Below the pieces are notes generated by a model. That model was not told the DNA's origin and did no database searches. It saw only the letters and a list, made by a program, of their open reading frames with translations. A DNA stretch of 46,773 nucleotides. It comes from an uncultured Nitrosomonadales bacterium. Lineage in GTDB: Bacteria > Pseudomonadota > Gammaproteobacteria > Burkholderiales > Gallionellaceae. The translations under genes and the position numbers were made by a program. The stretch covers positions 1-46,773 of the forward strand of contig CAIQPV010000417.1 in the NCBI GenBank assembly GCA_903873725.1, read 5' to 3'. Shown here in pieces: positions 38,875 through 46,773 of this stretch; position 1 is the stretch's first letter; each line of letters begins with the position of its first letter.

Positions 38875-39501
38875 ATGTTAACTTTGGACAACCTGATCGT
38901 GGAATTCGACAAGGGCCTGCGTACTTTGTTCAGCAGGGCGCAGAGCATACGTCCGTTTCCCGATGCCAGTCTGCCGGAGGCGTCGATGAGCGAAGATGAT
39001 AAAAAAGTTTCGGTGGCGCTGATGCGGGTTAACCACAGCGGAGAGATTTGCGCACAGGCTTTGTATCAGGGGCAGGCGCTGACGGCGCGTGATCCTGTCG
39101 TGCAGCAGAAATTGCAGCAGGCGGCGCAGGAGGAAACCGAGCATCTGGCGTGGACATCGCGGCGGGTGCATGAGATGGGAGGGCATCTGAGCGTACTTAA
39201 TCCATTGTTGTACGGCAGTTCACTGACGCTCGGTGCTTTTGCCGGATTGCTCGGCGACAAGTGGAATTTGGGATTTCTGGCTGAAACCGAGCGCCAGGTC
39301 GGCGCGCACCTGCAAAGCCATCTCGCGCGCTTGCCGCAACAGGATGAGAAAAGCCGTGCGGTGGTCCAGCAGATGTATGTGGATGAAACACGGCACTCTG
39401 ATATGGCGGTCGAACTGGGTGGTGCGGAGTTGCCGCGACCGGTGAAGCTGGCAATGAAAATTAGTTCGAAGGTAATGACGCGTACGGCGTATTGGGTATA
39501 A
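38875..39501 (+). CDS. coq7: Demethoxyubiquinone hydroxylase Coq7 (di-iron)
   Basis: The ATG at 38875 has a GAGGAG RBS 7 nt upstream. RVNHSGEICAQALYQGQ and EEETEHLAW are di-iron ligand motifs. 208 aa. Confidence 0.9.
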   Translation: MLTLDNLIVEFDKGLRTLFSRAQSIRPFPDASLPEASMSEDDKKVSVALMRVNHSGEICAQALYQGQALTARDPVVQQKLQQAAQEETEHLAWTSRRVHEMGGHLSVLNPLLYGSSLTLGAFAGLLGDKWNLGFLAETERQVGAHLQSHLARLPQQDEKSRAVVQQMYVDETRHSDMAVELGGAELPRPVKLAMKISSKVMTRTAYWV

Positions 39502-39620
39502 TCAAGCTACCCTGGCGCAGGGTTTGCGCATCCAGTAATCTAATATGGTATTCCCCCAGTCCCTGCTCACTTACAGGGGAAGACTTGGGTGGGAGCATAC
39601 CGTTCACAACTGTCCGTATG

Positions 39621-40037
39621 CTACTCTTCTATCACCTCGAAATCGTGTGTGATATCTGCTGTTTTTCCCAGCATGATTGACGCAGAGCAGTATTTTTCCG
39701 CAGACAGTTTGATCGCGCGTTCGACTTGTGCGGGCTTGAGGTCGCGGCCCGTGACGATGAAGTGGAAATGTATTTTGGTAAACACCTTAGGGTCTTCCGT
39801 GGCGCGGTCGGCCTGAATTTCTACTACGCAATCGCTTACTTGCTGGCGGCTTTTCTTGAGGATGTGTATGACATCGTAAGTTGTGCAACCGCCGGTACCG
39901 AGCAATACCATTTCCATCGGGCGAGGCCCGAGATTGCGTCCGCCTCCATCCGGCGGGCCGTCCATCAAGACGGCATGACCGCTTTCGGTTTCACCGAGAA
40001 ACGAAACCTGTTCTACCCATTTGATGCGTGCTTTCAT
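39621..40037 (-). CDS. OsmC family peroxiredoxin-like protein
   Basis: 138 aa. PMEMVLLGTGGCTTYDV and EKYCSAS conserved Cys motifs of the OsmC/Ohr family. Confidence 0.88.
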   Translation of the reverse strand: MKARIKWVEQVSFLGETESGHAVLMDGPPDGGGRNLGPRPMEMVLLGTGGCTTYDVIHILKKSRQQVSDCVVEIQADRATEDPKVFTKIHFHFIVTGRDLKPAQVERAIKLSAEKYCSASIMLGKTADITHDFEVIEE

Positions 40038-40058
40038 GATATACCTTGTGTGTTGGGA

Positions 40059-40811
40059 TCATGATTTTAACCGATACCATAGCAGTCCGATAAATTCGTG
40101 CATGAAAATTTTGCTGTCGTTCAGACTTTCGGCGTTCGGAATGAAGCTGAGCAGATCGGTTTTAAAATAGGTAGTGAAAGCAGTCGGAGCCGGCACGACC
40201 TCAAACCCGGCTGCTTGAAATGCCATCGATGAGCGCTGCATGTGCCATGCATGGGTGACCAGATAGATGCGTTTGATGCCGGTTTTTTGCAATATTTTGT
40301 AGGTGTAACGCGCATCTTCCAGTGTGTTGTCGGAGGCCTCTTCTGCCCATTGCACCGGAACATTGAATTCATTTTCCAGTATGGACTTCATTTGCTGCGC
40401 TTCTGAGAGATCGTTGCCTTGCGGCTTTCCGCCGGTGACCAGAACGGGTTTTCCGGTTTCGCGCTGCAGTTTGGCGGCGTAGCGCAGACGTACCAACGAA
40501 GGCGCGCTTACGGTGTCCGCTCTGCCAAATTCCGGTGCGCTGAAATAAGTTCCGCCGCCCAGCACGACGATGGCGTCAGCGGGTTGGGTTTTGGGGTCAA
40601 CGGCCTTGAACGGGCCTTCCAGCAGATGCAGCGCGCTATGGCTTACATAGGGTGTGGAGCATAGCCATAGCAGCGCGAACGAACCGGCGAGCAGAGCGCG
40701 TCCAAGGTGCGGACGTGAGTGGCCAAGAAATAGCCCTGCCAGCGCGACAAGCAACAGATTAAGCGGCGGGAGCAGGCATGCGCTGATCAGATTGGTGTAG
40801 TACCAGGTCAT
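40059..40811 (-). CDS. YdcF/ElyC-family (DUF218) membrane-anchored protein
   Basis: 250 aa. N-terminal TM helices. DAIVVLGGG, VLVTGG and YLVTHAWHMQRS are typical of DUF218. Confidence 0.85.
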   Translation of the reverse strand: MTWYYTNLISACLLPPLNLLLVALAGLFLGHSRPHLGRALLAGSFALLWLCSTPYVSHSALHLLEGPFKAVDPKTQPADAIVVLGGGTYFSAPEFGRADTVSAPSLVRLRYAAKLQRETGKPVLVTGGKPQGNDLSEAQQMKSILENEFNVPVQWAEEASDNTLEDARYTYKILQKTGIKRIYLVTHAWHMQRSSMAFQAAGFEVVPAPTAFTTYFKTDLLSFIPNAESLNDSKIFMHEFIGLLWYRLKS

Positions 40812-40952
40812 AAACTAATAAGCTGTAACGCGGGGTTTCCGCAACACCCGCATGATACCGCGACTTGTTGAAAACGAGGCTTTGTCCGATAATGCCGCGC
40901 CCAACGGTTGTTCTGCTCTTCACGGGAAGAGTGCTTATTATTGGAAGTGCCA

Positions 40953-42182
40953 TTGAACATCAAATTCCAACGTGCGGTTGACCGTCTAGCGGGTGTGCCG
41001 ATTTGTGCGCTACTCTCAGCGGTTGAACGCCTTCGCCATGTCCTGGGTGCCATTGTCCCTGCTTCTCCGCCGCGCCGGATTCTGATCATTCTACTTTCCG
41101 AAATGGGTAGCCTGGTACTCGCCCACCCGATGTTTGTTCGGCTGAAACAGCAGTATCCCGATGCTTCATTGCACATCATGTTGTTCCGAAAAAATCGCGA
41201 AGTGCTCGACCTGCTCGGGGTAATCCCGGAAGAAAATGTGCTGACCATCAACGACAGTTCACTGGCAGAATTTGCCACGGATAGCCTTAACGCTATCCAA
41301 AAAATGCGCGCGCTGAAATTTGATGTGGTAATTGACTGCGAACTGTTCTCCCGCGTGAGCAGTATTTTCTCGTATCTGTCCGGCGCGCCGGTTCGGGTCG
41401 GATTCCATCCGCACACCCAGGAGGGGCTGTATCGCGGCTCGTTCATCAACCGCCCGGTGTTGTATAACCCCTACCGACACTTGTCACAGCAGCTTCTTGC
41501 CATGGTTTCCGCGATTGAGTCACACACTGTGCCAACCTCGAAAGAGATGTCTGCTGTTGAGGTAGCGCATCCTCCCATGCTGGCCTTTCAGGAGGAAGAA
41601 TTGCAGCGGATTACCGCTCAGTTGTATGCAGACTTTCCCGTCCTCATGGATAAGAAACTGGTGCTGGTTTACCCCAGCGGCGGCATTTTGCCGATACGTG
41701 CATGGCCGCTGGGAAATTATTTTCAGCTATGCAATGGCTTGCTGGGTGATGGTTATGCAATCGGCGTGATCGGTCTCAAGGACGACAAGCCGCTCGCTCA
41801 AACTGTGGTGGAGCGCTGCCAGAGCGAACATTGTGTCAATCTGGCCGGATATACCAAATCGGTGCGTCATTTGCTGGCGCTCTTTAACCATGCATCGCTG
41901 CTGATAACCAACGATGGCGGCCCCGGCCAATTTGCAGCGCTCACCCCGATTCCATCGCTGATTTTTTTCGGCCCGGAAACGCCGCAGTTGTACAGTTCGC
42001 TTAGCGGGAATGCCTATTATTTTTATTCGTCCCTGTCCTGTTCTCCATGCCTGACCGCATACAATCACCGCTCTTCCCCCTGTGATGGCGATAACCAATG
42101 CCTGAAACAGATCACTCCTGAACAGGTTCTGGCAAAAGCGCGTGAGGTACTTGAGGCCGGTCTGCCCGGCAGTGTTGCGTGA
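40953..42182 (+). CDS. Glycosyltransferase family 9 (heptosyltransferase-like)
   Basis: GT9-like layout: ...RILIILLSEMGSLVLAHPMF, GDGYAIGVIG and LITNDGGPGQFAAL. The start is uncertain: TTG 40908 (track), GTG 40947 or TTG 40953. The last gives MNIKFQRAVDRLAGVPICALL, which resembles homologue N-termini. Confidence 0.78.
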   Translation: MNIKFQRAVDRLAGVPICALLSAVERLRHVLGAIVPASPPRRILIILLSEMGSLVLAHPMFVRLKQQYPDASLHIMLFRKNREVLDLLGVIPEENVLTINDSSLAEFATDSLNAIQKMRALKFDVVIDCELFSRVSSIFSYLSGAPVRVGFHPHTQEGLYRGSFINRPVLYNPYRHLSQQLLAMVSAIESHTVPTSKEMSAVEVAHPPMLAFQEEELQRITAQLYADFPVLMDKKLVLVYPSGGILPIRAWPLGNYFQLCNGLLGDGYAIGVIGLKDDKPLAQTVVERCQSEHCVNLAGYTKSVRHLLALFNHASLLITNDGGPGQFAALTPIPSLIFFGPETPQLYSSLSGNAYYFYSSLSCSPCLTAYNHRSSPCDGDNQCLKQITPEQVLAKAREVLEAGLPGSVA

Positions 42183-42691
42183 TGCCTCTCCTTGGTCTAA
42201 GGCTCTCCGCAGCTTCCCTGATGCGCAGAATATTTTCCCGGCGCTTTCTGAAGTTCGGCACGGTAGGCGCCTCGGGTATAGTGGTCAATCAAGGGGTGTT
42301 GTATGTTGCCCATGAATATATATTTCATGTGTCTCAAACTTCAGGGAGCGTCGATTGGCTCAGGCTTAACCTGTCTCTGGCCTTGGCCATTTTTTTTGCC
42401 ACACTGAACAATTTCATCTGGAACCGGAAGTGGACATGGGCTGATCGCAAGCAGCAGCATCATAGCTCCTTCCTTGCCCAGTTCGGCCAATACACGCTGG
42501 CATGCTGGCTCAGCATTGTGCTGCAAGCCATTCTTACCAACCTTCTGGCACCGCGCCTTTATAGTATTTATGTGGCTAACATGGTTGCTATCGTGTTAAC
42601 CAGTGTCTTGAATTTTTTGCTGAACGACATTTGGACATTCGGACGGCTCAAACTGACGGGAAAACATGTCTCCCATGACTTGGGTGAATAA
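42182..42691 (+). CDS. GtrA-family membrane protein
   Basis: About 169 aa. FLKFGTVGASGIVVNQGVLYV and C-terminal LNFLLNDIWTF are typical GtrA. The ATG overlaps the GT9 stop (TGATG). Confidence 0.8.
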   Translation: MPLLGLRLSAASLMRRIFSRRFLKFGTVGASGIVVNQGVLYVAHEYIFHVSQTSGSVDWLRLNLSLALAIFFATLNNFIWNRKWTWADRKQQHHSSFLAQFGQYTLACWLSIVLQAILTNLLAPRLYSIYVANMVAIVLTSVLNFLLNDIWTFGRLKLTGKHVSHDLGE

Positions 42692-42693
42692 TC

Positions 42694-44406
42694 ATGTTTG
42701 CGCAACCCGGTAATCCCCGCCTACATTTGGTCTGGTACCTGCTGGCCACGATGCTTGCAGTGTTTGTCTATTTCTACGGTCTGGATAGCCAGCACATCCC
42801 GAAAAACGGGGACGAATATCCTTACGCACACATCACTCGACTGACCGCAGACAGCGGCCATCTGCTGCCGCTGCAATCGGAGTTGGACAACATGCGCAAT
42901 ACCAAGCCACCGCTGCTGTTCTGGCAGGGTATCGCCTCCACTCACCGGGGGCAGGGTTGGACGTTGTGGAATTTGCGCTACCCGAGCGTCATTTACACGC
43001 TTCTGACGGCTGGAATGACTTTCCTGCTGGGCTGGAAAATTTCCAGAAATATGGAAACGGGCTTCGTTGCCCTGCTGATCTATCTGGCCTTTTTCAGCAC
43101 CTATCGCTACGGACGGCCCTTTCTTGTCAATCCGGCGGAAGTGTTCTGGTTTTTCCTGCCGTTCTTTACTCTGCTGTATTGGAGAAATAGCGCCTTTGAG
43201 TCGCGTTTTCTGGTGCCGGTGTTGATGGGCATCGAAGTCGGCATCGGACTGCTGTACAAGTCCTTTGCGTTGATTGCGCCTGTCGGGTTGTGCCTTGCCT
43301 GGTGGTATTTGCATTACCGCGAATACCGCTGGCAGCATTGTCTGCGCAAGGATGTATTTAAAGTGGCAATTACGTTAACGCTGGCGCTGGCGCTGTTCGG
43401 GCTGTGGTTCCTGTTCGATCCTGACCCGCAGGCAGTGTGGCGAGAGTTCATCGTAGGCGAGAATGCGGGGAAATTCGATCCGCACGGGAATTATCTGCTG
43501 AAATTATTATGGGGCGGCAGCAGCGTGTGGGCATTGCTGATCGGCTATCCGATGAACGCGGGCTTGCTGGCCGTTCCTGTGGCGGCAGTGTTTGTTATCA
43601 GCTACCGCAGACGCGCATTGCTGATAGACGCGGAGAAAATGCTGTGGATATGGATGGTTGCGTTGTTCATTGTGTTTAGCCTGCCCAGCCAGCGTTCGGC
43701 GCGCTACCTTTTGGAAGCCATGCCGGGACTGGCAGTGTTGTGCGCGCTCAACTGGCATCGCATCAGCCACAAGGTGTTTGTCGTCAGTTTGCTCATGACG
43801 GGCAGTGTATTGGCGCTGTTTGTCTTTCTGTCAGTACATTTGCAGCAGGAGATGATCGGTACTGAAATGTATGGGCTGGCGTACTGGACGCTTCTGGTGA
43901 TGACCGGAGTGCTGATATTGATTGCACTGTTCGTTCCCAAATTTTCTGCGGCCATCGTCAATGTTACGGCGCTGCTGGTGCTGTTCTGTTTCGCCGCGTT
44001 TCTGAGTCCTTTCGATGGCGCTTTCGGAAACTACAGTTTAGACGTTCAACAATACGCGAATGGTAAAGACGTATGGGTGCCATGCAATTTCCGGGCGAAG
44101 GAAGAGGGCTACCGGTTTATCCTGCCGGGAGCAAAGGTTCATGGTTATCATGAAGACCTTGCTTTGACCGCCACCGAACTGGCCGCCAAATATAGTTTGT
44201 TTGCGGTGCAAGTGCCTTTGCAGGATACGGGCTGTGCGAATTGCAAAATACTCGGCCAACGTCTGGATATTCGAGGTCGCCAAAGCGAAAGCGAAATCAA
44301 TAAAATGCTCGGCGGGGAAATATTCCGGCACCTGTTCGTCAAGGAGCTATTGATCGAAGTGCCGGGGATACATTCAACTGTGATAGCTGATGAGGGGTGC
44401 CGCTGA
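42694..44406 (+). CDS. ArnT/PMT-like polytopic glycosyltransferase (GT39/GT83-type)
   Basis: 570 aa with more than 10 TM helices. First periplasmic loop carries GDEYPYAHI (DE-x-x-YA motif) and KPPLLFW. Starts 2 nt after the gtrA stop. Confidence 0.8.
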   Translation: MFAQPGNPRLHLVWYLLATMLAVFVYFYGLDSQHIPKNGDEYPYAHITRLTADSGHLLPLQSELDNMRNTKPPLLFWQGIASTHRGQGWTLWNLRYPSVIYTLLTAGMTFLLGWKISRNMETGFVALLIYLAFFSTYRYGRPFLVNPAEVFWFFLPFFTLLYWRNSAFESRFLVPVLMGIEVGIGLLYKSFALIAPVGLCLAWWYLHYREYRWQHCLRKDVFKVAITLTLALALFGLWFLFDPDPQAVWREFIVGENAGKFDPHGNYLLKLLWGGSSVWALLIGYPMNAGLLAVPVAAVFVISYRRRALLIDAEKMLWIWMVALFIVFSLPSQRSARYLLEAMPGLAVLCALNWHRISHKVFVVSLLMTGSVLALFVFLSVHLQQEMIGTEMYGLAYWTLLVMTGVLILIALFVPKFSAAIVNVTALLVLFCFAAFLSPFDGAFGNYSLDVQQYANGKDVWVPCNFRAKEEGYRFILPGAKVHGYHEDLALTATELAAKYSLFAVQVPLQDTGCANCKILGQRLDIRGRQSESEINKMLGGEIFRHLFVKELLIEVPGIHSTVIADEGCR

Positions 44407-45692
44407 TGAACCGCCTCGCGGTGCTGGGCTTCATTCTGATCACCTTTGGCATTGGGTTTTTCAAGGCGTCCCAATATCCCGCTTCCGCAGGTTTTCAGGT
44501 TTCTTCTAAATCCCCGGCAAGCAATAGCGATGTGCATTTCCAAGGCAGCTTTGCATCTTCCAGTCAGCATATTCAAGCCCACGCCGCTTCCGTGATCGAA
44601 CTGAAAGACGGACGCATCCGCGCCTTCTGGTTTTCGGGGAGCAGTGAAGGCGCGAAGGATGTCGAGATTCACAGTGCGGTATTTGATCCTGCGCGCGGGT
44701 TATGGGGCACCGAACAAACTGTGGCGACACGCGAGGGCACCGAACAATCAGTGATGCGCTATGTCAGTAAGCTGGGTAATCCTGTTGCCAGCCGTGCGGC
44801 TGATGGCACACTGCGGTTGTATTACGTGACGGTATCGTTAGGCGGTTGGGCGGGCAGTTCGATCACGGTGATGTCCTCGGTTGACGAAGGCGAAACTTGG
44901 AGCCCGGCACGAAGGCTGGTTACCTCTCCCTTTCTAAATATAAGCACCCTGGTCAAGGGCGCGCCGTTTCTTTACAGCGACGGCACGATGGGGCTTCCCG
45001 TTTATCACGAGTTCATCAACAAGTTCGGCGAGATTCTGCATTTCGATAAGACCGGAAAGCTGCTAGACAAGCAGCGTCTCAGTGCTGGCAAGGATCACGG
45101 CCTGCAACCGGTCTTGCTGGCTAAGAACGCGAACGAGGCGCTGGTGCTGATGCGCCACACCGGAGATGAACACCGCAAAGTAATCAGCGTTTCAACCAGC
45201 GATGGCGGACAACAATGGACTAAGCCCGCAAAATCGGCGTTGTCGAACCCCGATGCGGCACTCTCGGCGGTGACGCTGCCGGATGGACGCATTCTGGCGG
45301 TGCTGAATAATCAGCAGCAAAGGCGCGATGCATTATCGCTGATGCTTTCAGCGGATGGCGGCAGCACATGGAAAAATGTTTACCAACTTGAAGACCAGGG
45401 TGATCGGCAACTGGATGAGGAACATTACCTTAAAACGATAGCGGGATTAGCGAAGGATGTCGCTGCCACAGAGGTCGGTGAATATGTGGAATCCGTCAAA
45501 AATGCAATGTGTACAGGAAATGATTGCCGTTTCGAGTTCTCCTACCCCTGCCTGATTCAGGCACGAAGCGGAGATTTTCATCTGGTCTACACCTGGAACA
45601 GAAGCTTCATCAAACACGTATGGTTTACTCAAGCCTGGCTGGAGCAACGTTTGAAAGAGATTATTTCTGAAAAATCCCCGGGCCATGATTAA
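44406..45692 (+). CDS. Membrane-anchored BNR-repeat (sialidase/exo-alpha-sialidase-like beta-propeller) protein
   Basis: N-terminal TM anchor LAVLGFILITFGIGFF. Three BNR/Asp-box motifs: SVDEGETWS, STSDGGQQWT, SADGGSTWK. The ATG at 44406 overlaps the GT39 stop; a GTG at 44397 is the alternative. Confidence 0.8.
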   Translation: MNRLAVLGFILITFGIGFFKASQYPASAGFQVSSKSPASNSDVHFQGSFASSSQHIQAHAASVIELKDGRIRAFWFSGSSEGAKDVEIHSAVFDPARGLWGTEQTVATREGTEQSVMRYVSKLGNPVASRAADGTLRLYYVTVSLGGWAGSSITVMSSVDEGETWSPARRLVTSPFLNISTLVKGAPFLYSDGTMGLPVYHEFINKFGEILHFDKTGKLLDKQRLSAGKDHGLQPVLLAKNANEALVLMRHTGDEHRKVISVSTSDGGQQWTKPAKSALSNPDAALSAVTLPDGRILAVLNNQQQRRDALSLMLSADGGSTWKNVYQLEDQGDRQLDEEHYLKTIAGLAKDVAATEVGEYVESVKNAMCTGNDCRFEFSYPCLIQARSGDFHLVYTWNRSFIKHVWFTQAWLEQRLKEIISEKSPGHD

Positions 45693-46314
45693 TTTCACTG
45701 ACATGACCGGCTTGGCAAGCAGCGCCGTCGCGATAACTGCAATGGCTGTCCGGATGCCCGGTGTGGCGCGCCTGCAAAGGCCGCACCTTGCGATGATGCT
45801 TTGCACTATCGCCATCGTAGTGTTGATCCCTTTCGGCGACCTGCCGCTTGCGGCCTATGTGCGCGGCTGGATGGGTGACTTGAGCATTACTTCGTTGGTG
45901 TTGCTGTTAGTGACTATCGGGCGCCCGGTGTGCGCGCACGCCCCCTCTCCCACCGGGGGAGGGCTGGGGAGGGGGTACGCCCTCAGCAAATACGCATCCC
46001 TCTCCATAATCACTATTGCCGCTTTAGGTTTTTACCCAATGGCCTTGGGCATCGGCTATTTTGACCCCTATCGACTTGGCTACGGCAATCCATGGTTTAT
46101 CGGCGGATTGCTGCTGGTGGCAATAGTCACCTGTTTACGCCGACTTCCGGTGGTGGCACTTACTATCGCGCTGGCCGTTTTTGCATGGGATATTGGTTGG
46201 TATGAATCCAGTAATTTGTGGGATTACCTGCTTGATCCATTGGTGGCTATCTATGCATTCGGTGCGCTTGCGCGCCAGAGTGTGCTTGTTTTATGGAATT
46301 CGCGGCGAGGTTAG
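45685..46314 (+). CDS. Hypothetical polytopic membrane protein (last gene of the glycan operon)
   Basis: 209 aa with about 5 hydrophobic helices. The start overlaps the BNR gene stop by 8 nt (ATGATTAA). No recognisable family. Contains an in-frame palindromic element. Confidence 0.6.
   Translation: MINFTDMTGLASSAVAITAMAVRMPGVARLQRPHLAMMLCTIAIVVLIPFGDLPLAAYVRGWMGDLSITSLVLLLVTIGRPVCAHAPSPTGGGLGRGYALSKYASLSIITIAALGFYPMALGIGYFDPYRLGYGNPWFIGGLLLVAIVTCLRRLPVVALTIALAVFAWDIGWYESSNLWDYLLDPLVAIYAFGALARQSVLVLWNSRRG
45941..45975. repeat. G/C-rich palindromic element CCCCCTCTCCCACCGGGGGAGGGCTGGGGAGGGGG inside a CDS
   Basis: The outer arms ccccctc and gaggggg are exact reverse complements, and inner tccc/ggga also pair. 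Translates in-frame as PSPTGGGLGRG, the 'PSPxGEGxG'-type signature of dispersed bacterial repeats. Confidence 0.6.
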
Positions 46315-46360
46315 CAGGGTGTTGAAAATGGCTTGTTCTTACAGGCATTGTTATATCTTG

Positions 46361-46390
46361 TTGCCATAACTCCCGAAAGTGTCGTAAAAT
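46361..46390 (+). promoter_or_regulatory. Candidate sigma70 promoter for rpsP-rimM
   Basis: TTGCCA (46361-46366), an 18-nt spacer, then TAAAAT (46385-46390), about 58 nt upstream of the rpsP ATG. Pattern match only. Confidence 0.3.
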
Positions 46391-46447
46391 CGCGCCCCCT
46401 TGGCATTTGCCAGGAAGATATTTGCTAAAGAAAAGTAGGTTAACTAT

Positions 46448-46702
46448 ATGGTTGTCATTCGATTTTCACGCGGCGGTTCAAAGAATCGTCCATTTTTTAA
46501 TGTAGTTGTGGCGGATTCGCGCAATCGCCGTGATGGCCGTTTCATCGAGCGGATCGGTTTTTACAACCCGGTTGCTCCCGAAGGCGCGGACGGCATGCGT
46601 ATCCAGTTGGATCGCGTGGCGCACTGGCAGGAAAAGGGCGCGCAAGTAAGCGAAGCCGTTGCCAAGCTGGTCAAGCGCGCTGGTGCCGCAGCAACAGCGT
46701 AA
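46448..46702 (+). CDS. rpsP: 30S ribosomal protein S16
   Basis: 84 aa. [41 protein letters not shown] is canonical bS16. Confidence 0.98.
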   Translation: MVVIRFSRGGSKNRPFFNVVVADSRNRRDGRFIERIGFYNPVAPEGADGMRIQLDRVAHWQEKGAQVSEAVAKLVKRAGAAATA

Positions 46703-46715
46703 CGAAACAGACCCC

Positions 46716-46773
46716 ATGATAATCATGGGGCGGGTGGCGGGTGCGCAGGGCATACTCGGCTGGGTGAAGCTGA
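46716..46773 (+). CDS. rimM: Ribosome maturation factor RimM (5' fragment, runs off the window)
   Basis: The ATG at 46716 gives MIIMGRVAGAQGILGWVKL, the typical RimM N-terminus. Conserved rpsP-rimM synteny. Confidence 0.8.
   Translation, partial: MIIMGRVAGAQGILGWVKL

Noticed and set aside
39510-39600. Hairpins between coq7 and osmC (CCCTGgcgCAGGG; CCCAGTCCCTG...CAGGGgaaGACTtGGG), considered as a bidirectional terminator or small RNA
   Set aside because: The stems are short or bulged and lack a convincing U-tract on either strand. This is too weak to call as a feature.

Overview
This 46.8-kb window looks like a chromosomal segment from a beta-proteobacterium. The gene content and order (leuS-lptE-holA, cutA-dsbD, phosphoribulokinase, ppc, hemCDXY, coq7, rpsP-rimM) fit a chemolithoautotrophic Nitrosomonadales-like organism, but that taxonomy is inference only. 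All calls come from motif and family recognition in the ORF translations; no database search was possible.

Layout:
- 0.1-13 kb: 13 co-directional minus-strand housekeeping and envelope genes. These are a THUMP methyltransferase, a lipoprotein, hemJ, nodJ, a frameshifted nodI, an alpha/beta hydrolase, mlaA, DUF202, dsbD, cutA, holA, lptE and leuS.
- 13-14 kb: phosphoribulokinase.
- 14-29 kb: an accessory-looking block of surface and signalling genes. It holds DUF1993, a secreted PDZ protein with a 12-unit 'GNDxY' repeat array, a 4-gene Csu/SCPU-type chaperone-usher pilus cluster, a TpsB/TpsA two-partner secretion pair directly upstream of that cluster, an orphan cheZ with a REC-PP2C response regulator, and a small secreted protein.
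- 29-40 kb: yfcH-like gene, photolyase, hemY-hemX-hemD-hemC, ppc, coq7 and osmC.
- 40-46.3 kb: divergent ydcF(DUF218), then a tightly coupled 5-gene envelope-glycan operon (GT9, GtrA, GT39/ArnT-like, BNR/sialidase-like, membrane protein).
- 46.4 kb to end: rpsP and the start of rimM.

Several unrelated families of short palindromic (REP/MITE-like) elements lie in intergenic gaps, and one lies in-frame inside a CDS. No rRNA, tRNA, CRISPR array, transposase or integrase was recognised.

The best candidates for undescribed biology are the PDZ/solenoid protein, the TPS + Csu composite adhesion locus, the cheZ/REC-PP2C pair and the GT9-GtrA-GT39-BNR operon.
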